In this document: piece by piece, positions 53,586 to 64,000 of the stretch
Layout of the letters: every line of letters starts with the position of its first letter
Numbering within the stretch: position 1 is the stretch's first letter
NCBI RefSeq assembly: GCF_018977255.1
Contig: NW_024704743.1
Coordinates: 94,862,001 to 94,926,000, forward strand
Direction of reading: 5' to 3'
DNA: 64,000 nt
Source of the DNA: Callorhinchus milii
Lineage: Eukaryota
The notes under the pieces: model-generated
Told to the model about the DNA's origin: nothing
Seen by the model: only the letters and a program-made list of their open reading frames with translations
The model's database searches: none
Program-made: the position numbers and the translations under genes

Positions 53586-53690
53586 CCAGTTCTGATGAAG
53601 GGTCGTGGACCCGAAACGTTGACTCACTTCGTTTCTCCATAGATGCTGCCTGACCTGCTGAGTGTTCCCAGCTCTCTCTGTTTTTGTTTA
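53586..53690 (+). mobile_element. Penelope-like element terminal (pLTR) fragment
   Basis: Hammerhead followed by agatgctgcctgacctgctgagt...cagc...tgtttttgttt, recalled as a common shark Penelope-derived repeat end. Confidence 0.65.
53588..53624 (+). ncRNA. Minimal type I hammerhead ribozyme motif
   Basis: AGTT-CTGATGA-A-GGGTC(GTG)GACCC-GAAA-CGTT-GACT: conserved core, 5-bp stem II, stem I AGUU/GACU, palindromic ACGU stem III. Confidence 0.7.
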
Positions 53691-54294
53691 CAATAATATT
53701 GCGCCTTACTTAATTATAGCATGTTAAGAATGGTAATTATTTTGGTTTTAAACAAGTTATGGAATTAGATGGCCTAAAGTGAATTGAATACTGTGTTCCC
53801 TCCCACACTTCTATTACCTTCCTACATTTGTGGCAGTTTGTGTATTTGGACTGTGACTATAAATAATTAAGGGTAAAGGATGTCATATGTCTGTGAAAGA
53901 ATAGCCTTTTTGATTTTAAAATTACAGATTTTTACCAAATGTTCAAATTGTACAGAGCTATGACATAACAGTGCATTGAAGATTCACTAAGGTAAATGAC
54001 TTGGTAGAAATTGGAACAAAGGACCCATTGGCAACAAATTATGCAAACGAACAACAAAGAATACTTCAAGGCAACTTTTAATTTTAATAAGGGAGTTATG
54101 CAAATCAGTACATTCAATTAAGCAGCATGAATTTACATAAAACGTAACATGAGTACTTTATTGTGTTTGTGGTATATTGTTGTGGAAAAATTGGCTGCCA
54201 AGTTTGCCTCCAAATACACAATTGCTACACTTTACAATAAATCCTTTGAAACTGTTTGATGATGCAGTGAACTGTATCAAATGCAAAGATTCTA

Positions 54295-54780
54295 ATTACC
54301 CCTAACTTGGTGTCATCGACAAATTTTACTACTTTGCAGTCGGTCTGTGAGGGGTCATTAATATAAACTAGGACGAGGAAGCGTCCTGATACTCCTGACC
54401 CCTAATACCCATTTTGCCTGAGTTCCCCTAACAACTATGCTCTGCTTCCTTCCCTTCAGCCAATTTCAAATACATATTCATGTCTTACCTTTGTTACCCG
54501 GCAACATCAGTTTGTGAATAAGTCTGTCATGTGGTACTTTGTCTAACACCTTTTAGATGTCTAGATATATTATGTCATATGTTTTCCCAGAAACAATATG
54601 TGATTTCACCTTCTCAAAAAACTATGAAACCATGCTGGCTTAGGTTATTTGTATGCAATAGGTAATTAGCTTATTTTTTGTACAATCTCCCATTTTCATT
54701 CTAAAGATTGATCCCAATTTTTAAAGTCAGTTTAATGGATCTGTATTTGCCACGTATGGGTCTGGAGCATTTTCTGATAA
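54295..54780 (-). mobile_element. CR1-like RT fragment
   Basis: The reverse strand gives KFVDDTKLG and DIIYLD..KVLDKVPH.RL. Confidence 0.75.
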
Positions 54781-57700
54781 TAAAATATGGTTTTACCAAT
54801 TTGGTGGTAAAACCTTCACAGAAAAGCACCCAGGTGTGCAAAAAATAATCCTTACAATTATGGAGTTGCACCATTGCTGTAAACGTTCACCAGTTATTTA
54901 ATTGTGTGCAGGTTAAGAGGGGAGTTTAAAACAAGCTATATGAATAACCACTGTTATATCACATAGCGTTGCTAAAATACACAATGATACAGAAAGTTTT
55001 TTTTGCTGCTGTGAGCAATGGCACAGCTACAGTACACCTTAGAGCGTCATATAATTTTTGTATTGGTAGATGCAAAGATAACCTAATCATCATGCACTGC
55101 ATTACTTAGTTGAGGAAACTAAATCGTCTCTGCATTCCAAATGCATTACCTTAGTCTATGCAAGACTGCAGATAATCATTTCAGATGTTCAGAACAACTG
55201 AGAAAATGTGTACACTTCACTTTATCCTGTTATGATGGGATTACTAAAATGGATTTTGAGTTAGTCCTGCTAAACATTTTGAGCAGGTCTTCAATACGTG
55301 CAGCAAATGTGAGCCCAATCCTTCTCTTTTTTAAATGGAAGCACAGGATGTTTAAAATTATGTTCAACAAATCTCTAATGAAATCATATGAAGACCCATC
55401 GCTTCTATTTGTTGTGTGAAGAATGATCCTGAAGCAGTTAACAAACCAGTTGAAGCCTATAATATTCAATGAGTCTGTAAATACAGCTGTTGACTGAGTG
55501 GGAGAAAACAGCCCAATTGCAACATCACAAAAAGCCATTTTCTGTGCATAAACCTGCAAGTGCAGGGTTCTATAACACCAACAAATTGCAGTCATAAAAC
55601 AAAATGGCTGAAAGCTTGTCTGCTGATGGAACGGTCTCAAAGATAATTGTTGATGCAAACAGTTGATACAGATCGAACCTGAGTTATCACACTGAAGTGC
55701 CAGTTATTGCAGTGCAAAGTCTTCAAGTAGTTCATCCTCCAGCCAACAATCTTTCAGATTAATTAATGTCACCGCCTTATTGTTTGTGGACTTTGCTGGC
55801 ACAAATTTCTAGTATATTTACCTGCCATAACCACCAATATACTTAACAGTAATACAACAGTACCTGAGGTTTTTTTGTTTGGTCAGCTGGGTGTCTCTGT
55901 CACACGTGGAAACACATGGAAATTTCCCTGTGTCTGAAATTAAACATGTACCCTCTCTCTCTGGAGGAACATGCTCTACTTACCTAATTCTGCAGTGTAT
56001 TGGCAGGTTTTGCAAGAGTCAAGATTTAGGGTCTCAGAGTGTGTGTTGGGGAACTGCTGGAGTTAAAACGCAGCGAAACCTGTAGAGCCTGCCGTTGAAT
56101 TCACTGTAGGGCAAGCTTTCTACTGCTTGTCCAGCTAGCACCACCTTATCGGTTAGGGCTTTTGCTTTCAGGGTCAACCGGAGCCAGGATCAAGGTGGAA
56201 GGATTTCATGGAAACTCCCTGTGAATCTCTTGGTGACCAGAACACCTTAGTATGAAATGTGTGCAAGTATTGCCGGCATCGTGCTGCTCGCACCAGAATC
56301 TCTACCCTTTAAGCGATGACTCTACCAGTTAGATGGCTCAACTATCCTTCTTAGCAGTGCAGCATGTAGAGGTTTTTGATCCTTCATGTGCTGTTTACTA
56401 ATTGCCAAAGATTCCGATATTCAAGTCAGTCAAGTTGGCAAATTGTCTTGCTTGTGAAAATGATAGCTTTATTCCATTACAAGGACATGTGAAAACATAA
56501 AAGATTTGAAAAACTATCCTGAATGCTTGGACTTAAAATAATAGTCCTTATAACATTAAAAAAATTACAATATAAATATCACTGCACTACTGTCTAAGAA
56601 TAATCAAAATCTTATTTTTAATTAAGACTTTTTACTAAAAAAGGTATAGCGTAACAACACATGAAGATCCTTTTCCTTACTGGCTGTAACGTATTTTCCT
56701 ATATTTGAACAAAAAATAAGGTTAAAAAATTGTATGCATCATTGGCACCTTGTATGGCATCTTGGAACATGAAGTGTGCTTCTGAAAGGGAACCAATGTA
56801 CATTACACAAATTGTGAGTACTTGGCTCTGATCTGAGATCTCAGAAGAGCACAGTTGTCACTCGTCAACACGACGTGCATGAGGGTCTTGGGTGGGCTTG
56901 AGATGCTTCTTCAGGAGAGAGGAAAAAATTACATTGCCATTTTCCTGATAAACACATTATAACTTTCAGTATTACTGCATTCTGTTTTGTTTACAAAAAG
57001 AAGCAGGCTGACAGCACGTTGCACATTATATCCGATATCCTGTGCAATAATTTTTCGAAACCTCAGTTGTCAGTGTCTATCAGCTGTTTGGCTGCTGTTT
57101 GAAGGCGTTCAGTCCAGTGATAGAGCAGAGCAGGCAGCTATAATGTCAGGAGGAATTGTGATATCATTGTACCACACAATGGGTCATGTGAAAGGAAAGT
57201 ATTATGGCGCTGCGTCCCTGATTTAGCAACTTGTTCCTGATCTAACTACAGTGACTTTTAACTGTAGATTTAACCAGATGCTCCTCTTGTCAGTAAATTA
57301 CCCTTGGCAGACCATCAAGTCTTGTATTCTGCTGGTTTAAAAATGGAGTGACTTCAGTGATGTGAGATTATAAAGGGAAACACTATTATAAGATTATACT
57401 GCCAAGACTGTTTACTGATTAGCGAAGATTCAGATATTCAAGTCCATCAAAGTTGCTAAATTTACTGGTGACTAGAGAATCTCCTGAAAAGTCTTATGTA
57501 AAATGATTTCAGAGAATAGTTCTCTCACATTCATTCTGGCTTTTGGCTGGACAAGTACTATGGACATACAGTAAATGAGTCCATCTGTAACTGACAAACT
57601 CCAATAAACAGCACCATCTTCTGCACTGATCTATTATTACTCAGCACAATCAATCTGACAAATTAGGGCATTCTACATGAAGGCAAAATTTGAAGTAAAG

Positions 57701-58374
57701 ATGTGACTCACAAATGTTTTACAATCTCTAAGCCTCATTGTTTACATTCCCTATTACATGCTGAATGTACTCAGTACAGTGATCTGAACTTTACACAGTT
57801 CTTCATTCTGTTGCTCTATGTATCACCATCCATGAAGGTCAACATTTGGAAAGAAATTATAGTTGAAATATAATACGACTTGGTGTAGTAGTTTATTTTG
57901 GAATGCTAATTATTTTCTTTTGTTGAAACTGTAAAGGGAAATAATCTGCATGATAAATAATGGTGGGGAGGATAGGGCAGGAAACATGAGACTTTTCACA
58001 AAGTTTAATGTGTATGTTCAAATTTAAGATGGTGCACAATCGTGAATATTTTTTAAATTGATCCTAATACAGAAGACAGACCATTGATAAAACCTGCTGC
58101 CAAATTAAGGTTGAATTTTCCACAATTCTGTACAATGTTACATTTTAAGATAAAATGGTCTCACGGACTAAGACGAGGTTGAATTTCAGGTCTTATGTCT
58201 TTAGGAGAATCCAAATAAACATCGGAACATTGCTACGTGCATATTGGCCGTGATTTGTCTTGACATGAACTTTTTCAGAAAATTGAAGTGCTTTGAAATG
58301 TTTTGATGTGATAAGGTGCTGTATCAATTACAAAGATTATTATTAACAATTATTTGTATTCATTGTTTTTCTAG

Positions 58375-58524
58375 GTTAAACTGATCAACGCCTGTAATAA
58401 AAATAATTTCTTAGCTGAAAAATATCGAAGACTACAAAACACTTTTCTAATAGCAAAAACCCTTCTTTTGGAGATCTATGAGGAGAGAATATGCATAGAA
58501 GTAACCCTTGAAGATTATAAGCAG
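58375..58524 (+). CDS. CCDC178: Coding exon (150 nt, phase 0-0): VKLINACNKNNFLAEKYRRLQNTFLIAK...EVTLEDYKQ
   Basis: Acceptor gtttttctag, donor gtaatt; 50 aa aligning with recalled human ...ENLRLAQEYQQLQITFLKEK...IRDKKQ. Confidence 0.82.
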
Positions 58525-59189
58525 GTAATTAGAAAAAAATCTCTTGCAGTTATTCAAGTGGGAGTTGAGTAGAAAGAAAGCATTTGCATGTTTCATTATA
58601 AAAAGAGCTATATTGCATGTGTGTTACCAGGCCCACTGGTGCCTTGCCTTGATATAGCAACAGAATAGTCGAAGGAGAAATTGGTTGTTAATTCCTATCC
58701 AGTGAGATTCTTCTCAGCTGAGACCAGGTTAGGAATACTTCCTCCTCTTGTTTGTGGTTGGGTCATTATTAACAGTATTAATAATTGACTCGAAGCCGGT
58801 AACCTACTGTTTTCTTGGTGAGGGGCTGTTATGACGTAGAAACACTTACATGAGAAAAAGAGAAAGGAATTTCTCCCAGTATCCCAACCAACAATCTCCC
58901 CCCCCCCCAAAAAAACGGTCATTTATTCAATGGCTGTTTGTGGGATGATGCCGTGTACAAATTGGTCGACATGTTTGCCCACAACATTCACAGTTACACG
59001 ACCTTACAAATTATTCTGTGAAGCACTTTTAGATATCTCAAGGATGTGATAAGGCACTATATCAATTGCAAGGATTATTATATCAACATTATTATAAAAT
59101 TGCAAATAGCTTTTTAACAATATAACATGCAGAGATCCACCCTGACAAATATGTCAAACTGAAAGCACAAGTAAAGCTCATTCGTATGA

Positions 59190-61380
59190 AGATACAACAA
59201 CAACAAAATTATGCCTTTCATGTTGTGAGGACATGCCAAGGCGCTGGAGAATCAGTGTTTCGGACCCGAGCTGGGGGTCGGGATCGGGGAAGGTGGAGGG
59301 CAGTGAGGGAACGAGGGTGACCAAAGGCAGGGTTGAAGAGGAGGGTCTTGAGACGGATTTTGATGGAGGCAAGGAAGGGGGAGAGGTGGAGTGACTGGGG
59401 GTTGGAATTCCAGAGGGTGGTGGTAGAGTGGCTGAAGGCCCGCCCACCAATGTTGGAGCGCGCGAGGTGGGGACGTGAAGCAGACCTGAGATTGCTGAGT
59501 GGAGGGAGCAGGCAGGTTGGTACAGGATTAGCAGGTCGCAGAGGTAGGGGGTAGCAAGGCTTTAGAGAGCTGTGAAAGTGAGGACCAGGATCTTGAACTG
59601 TATCGTCTGTGTGATATGAAGCCAGTGGAATCGGACGAGGGTGGGGGTGATAGGGTCACAGAGCCTAGTGCAGGAAAGGACACGGACTGCAGAGTTCTGG
59701 ATGATCTGCGGCCTACGGAGGGAGGAGTTGGGGAGGCCGATAAGCAGGGAGTTTGTGTAGTCGAGCCTGGATGTTATGAATGCGTGTATGAGGGTCTCGG
59801 CGGTCTGCAGTGTGAGACAGTGTTGGAGCTGGGCGATGTTGTGGAGGTGGGGAAAGGCGGAGCGGGTCATGGCATGGATGTGGAGTATGAAGGATAGTTT
59901 AAGGTCGAACAGGATACCGAGGTTCAGTATTGGCTCCGTGAGATGCAGAATGCATCCATGGAGGGAGATGCTGTCAGTACTTGAGGTGCGGAGGCACTGA
60001 TGGGGGCCAAGCAGGAGTGCCTCGGTCTTGTTGACATTCAACTGCAGGAAGTTAGCTCTCATCCAGGACTTGATGACCAACACGTAGTCTGTGAGGACAG
60101 TAGTAGTCCTGGAATCGAGGGTGGAGACAGAGAGGTCGAGTTTGGTGTCATGTGGAAATTGACCCCATGTTTGCAGATGATGTCACAGATATTGATATTG
60201 GGAGTACTTAGATATTGAAAAGGAGAGAGCCAAGGACAGAGCCCTCAGGGACACCATAGGTGACAGTGCGGGGGCTGGAGAAGAAGCTGTTAGGGGTGAC
60301 AAAGTGGGCACGGTGGGAGAGGTAGGATTCGAACCAGACAAGGGCAGGCCCATCAAATTTGAGCTGAGAGCAGAGGCGGTGTATGAAGTTAGAGTGGTCA
60401 ACAGTGTCAAAGGCAGCAGATAGGTCAAGGAGGACAAGGAGGCAGAGAGAGCCCTGGTTGCAGATGTTCAGAATATCGTTAGTAACTTTGACCGGTTTCA
60501 AAAGTACGGCTGTGGGAAATATGGAAACCCGACTGGAGGCGTTCAGAGAGGTAATGGCAGGAGAGGAAAGAAGGAAGCTGGGACGCAACGACTCATATAA
60601 TAATAATCCTTGCATTTGATATAGCGCTTTTCACGTCTTCTCGACGTCTCAACGCGCTTCACAGAATAGACTGTAAAGTGAATTGACTGTATATTTGTGG
60701 GCGAACCGTGGCAGCCAATTGTGCACAGCAGTGCCCACAAACAGTTGTGGATTGAAAATGACCAATTTATTATTGTTCAGTTTTGGAGGGATTATCAGGG
60801 CCTTGGAGAGAAATGGGAAGTTGGAGAAGGGGCGATAGCTGGAGAGTAGAGATGGGTCCAGGAAAGGTTATTTGAGCATGGTAGTGATGACTTTGAACGC
60901 CTCCAGTCAGGTTTTCATACTTCCCACAGCCGTACTTTTGAAACTGGTCAAAGTTACTTTGTTTTTAGGGAGGTGGGAACAGTGCCAGTGGGTAAGGAAA
61001 GGTTGATAATGTTGGTTAAAAGAGAGGCCACGAGGTGGATCTGGGAGGTGAGGAGAGGGGTTGGGAAGGGGTCGAGGGAGCCAATGGTGGGCTTCATTTT
61101 AGAAATGATGGAGGTGAGGGAGGAGGGGGAGACAGGGTCAAAGGTGTTTAGGGAGGGATGGGTGGGGGCCATGCCATGAGGAGGAGGTGGCGAGTGGGTA
61201 GCGGTGGACGGGGGAGAGGTAGACGAACGAATCCCCTCGATTTTGGATTCGGGCAAGTCCAACATCTCCTCGCAGTTGGAATTGGAGGAGAGGAACGGTG
61301 AGACACGGGAAGGTGGACAGAGGAGGCAGTTAGTGATGGAGAAGAGGAGTCTGATATTGATCAAGAGGAGATACAGGATA
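59190..61380 (-). mobile_element. Longest L2 remnant (about 2.2 kb, RT domain), with SINE insertion and inverted duplication
   Basis: LVLLDLSAAFDTVDH, YGVPEGSVLG, FLQLNVNKTE, SRLDYTNSLL; multiple frameshifts. Confidence 0.92.
60597..60796 (-). mobile_element. SINE 3' part nested in L2
   Basis: Family tail and body interrupting the RT-coding L2 sequence. Confidence 0.85.
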
Positions 61381-62029
61381 AATTGCACACTTATTGTTTA
61401 TATTAATAAAAATAATTTGCATTCATATAGCACCTTTCATACATAAACGTTCTAAAACATTTTACAAAAGATAATTGATTGGAAATGAAAGTGAATATTG
61501 CTATTGGCAAAAGTGATACTCAATCTACACCAGCAACATCCCATAAATCACAATGAGATCAGTAATTCAGTTGAATCTGGGGGTAAGATAAGGTGATGAG
61601 GAGGAGAAGGTAAGGCAGGATAATCAGGAGGTAAACACTGTATCGGTTTAAAATTGCAATGGCGGGTGGTTCCTTTACATCCACCTGAATCACAAGGCAG
61701 ACAGAGCTTAATAACAATATCAAAACTATTTGTGGTGATTCTTTAATAAAGTTCAACGAACAACAATTAAATCTCAAAATGATTTGAAAGGAAATGTGTG
61801 CCCAAGGTATTCTACTCTCTATGGCAGTTTTCAAAAATTGTTCATTGCTTACGTGCAAGAAGATCATCAATCCAGCTGTGGAGTGGAGTGAGATCGTTTG
61901 GCAGAAAGAAAAGGCCAGTTTTTAAAATTAATCAAAGGGATATACAGGTGACAGTGAAGACCTTGTTGTCGATCTGTTAAAAGCCAGTGGAGCCTGACAA
62001 GGACTGGGGAGACTTCAGTAAGCCAGAGG

Positions 62030-62660
62030 TTCTAGATAGGCCCAAGAGGGCTAAAAAGCAATAAATCTTTCAAGGTGAACTATACTCCCAAAATAGTTAG
62101 ATAGAGAAGGGAGATTTGTGAAGCACAGACAGATACCCAATGAACACTTGAATAGATCTGACAGACAAGAAGCAAGTAAACGTGGTTCCCATATTTAAAA
62201 AAGGGGCAACTTTGTCAATTGCGAACTTGTTAGAAGTGTGTCAATAACTGAGTCAATAATCAGAAGCAAATGGAAGATTGTACAAAAATAACCTAATAAA
62301 TAACAGCCAAAAAGGAGTAGATTTTGCCAAGCCAATCTCAGATTTTTTTTTGAGACAATCACTTTCCAATTGACATGGAAAGCTGTATGACACAGTAAAC
62401 TTTATAAAGATAGTAAATTTTCAAAGATCTCTTGTTAAATCCCCCTATAAGAATTTCATTACAATGTAGAGTTAGCGGATATGGATTAGTAATTGGCTAT
62501 CGGGAAGAAAACAGAGGGACAATGTAAAGGGAGCTAGGTTGAAATATGGAAGGTATTAAATAGGATTCCTTGGGAGTCCATGTTGTGAGTTCTTTTTACT
62601 GGCTTTAACAAAAACATAATAAGAATCTTATTAAGATTAATAATTGCATTAGCAATTAAT
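62030..62660 (+). mobile_element. CR1-like RT fragment
   Basis: NVVPIFKKG, WISNWLSGRKQR and degenerate GVPQGSVLG motifs. Confidence 0.72.
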
Positions 62661-62680
62661 CTAATGCCTTTGATCTTGTC

Positions 62681-62880
62681 AATAATAATAATCCTTGCAT
62701 TTGATATAGCGCTTTTCACGTCGGGAGGACGCCACAAAGCGCTTCACAGAACACACTGTAAAGTGAATTGACTGTATATTTGTGGGCGAACGCGGCAGCC
62801 AATTGCGCACAGCAATGTCCCACAAACAGTCGTAGATTGAAAATGACCAATTTATTATTGTTTTTGGTTTTGGAGGAATT
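62681..62880 (-). mobile_element. SINE 3' part
   Basis: Family tail and body. Confidence 0.85.
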
Positions 62881-64000
62881 ATTTGCATCTCAAAACACTT
62901 CACTGTATTTTGTAGACAAACATGGCATCCAATTTGGACACAACAATGTCCTACAAACAGTCATAAATTGAATGGCCCATTTTATTTCGGAGATTATTGC
63001 CAAGCCAGGACAACAGGAGAAACTCCCTTCTCTTAACCAGTATATAGGCATTTTATCTCTGATTTTAACTTTGGTTTGGGATAGGAAAGCTTAGATAAAT
63101 GCTAAACGCAGATGGAATTGTCCATTACCTTGATCTCCCAACATTCCCATCCTGTTTTCTCTACAATGTTGTTAAAACTAGCACCCAGGAATTTCAGACA
63201 CTAGATTCTGTGATCTTAATGAGCTGAAACTGATAGCAGGACATTTTTAAAAAAAAATAGCTGATTGGCATAACACTTTTTGTGGGGTTTAATTGTTTTG
63301 CTCATGGAGTATTTTAATGAGAAACAAAGATCAGTTGTTATCACCAAACCCCTGGATTGCAATGTTGTATGTTACATTATGTTGAAGCTCACAGTTCTAA
63401 TAGTTTTATATCTGTTTTAACTGAATAATATGCAAGATGTTTTAAGCAGCAATTGTTTAAATGGTGAATCGTGTATGCTGTTTTCTAAATGTCGGCAATA
63501 AGCTACTCCAGCACCAAGAAAAACTACCTCTGGCCTCAGCCACTACATTGACAGCAAATGTCTGAAGGCACTGAACCAGGGAAACATAAAAACCAAACCA
63601 AAAAATTCTGATCCTATTACATTTACATTTATTACACTAAATTGTTTTGCTTTGCTAATATTGCCTTTTGTCACTTTCAAAATCAAATGTGCCTTTCTTT
63701 ATTATAAGCAAAAAGCAATCATATTACTTTAAAATACATAAGCTGCCTTGTGTTGCGTGCTAATTTGAATAATCAGCTTTTGTCACCAGCTACATTTGCT
63801 CGAAAAGCATATGAGAAATTTGACAAAATGTACTTTCGATGAATTTCTCAGAGTAAATGTTTGTACTAAAATACACATCGGTGAGCACTGCACTGACAGA
63901 AGAGCTGGCGGATGTGGCAGTAGTAATCGAAGGTGCTAAGCCAGCTGTCTCGCTCTGTTTGCTTGCTCACTGCTTTGGGCATATTGCCAACCTCATTGCA

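Noticed and set aside
55230..55658. 142-aa minus-strand ORF
   Set aside because: Non-ATG start, no recognisable domain or splice context; probably chance.
1..64000. CRISPR arrays, operons or other prokaryotic systems
   Set aside because: The sequence is spliceosomal-intron vertebrate DNA; repeats are dispersed retroelements with no repeat-spacer periodicity.

Overview
Vertebrate nuclear DNA, inferred to be from a cartilaginous fish (the repeat content resembles elephant shark/chimaera). The window holds nine consecutive + strand coding exons of a long coiled-coil gene. They total 1212 nt (404 aa), splice in frame, and best match CCDC178; both ends of the gene lie outside the window. A 37.4-kb intron (20932-58374) makes up most of the sequence. 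Introns are full of tRNA-Ala-headed SINEs with an L2-type tail, L2 and CR1 LINE fragments, older Deu-SINE, LF-SINE-like and AmnSINE2-like relics, and MITE-like elements. Best leads: (1) an antisense 95-aa ORF nested in the big intron that looks like a secreted peptide precursor (signal-peptide-like N-terminus, RKR site, TATA box, polyA signal); (2) a minimal hammerhead ribozyme in a Penelope-like terminal fragment, on the pre-mRNA sense strand; (3) an unclassified five-copy repeat with a terminal hairpin; (4) a decayed 28S rRNA fragment, perfect palindromes and candidate conserved enhancers. Family names come from recalled consensus sequences, not searches, and repeat boundaries are approximate.
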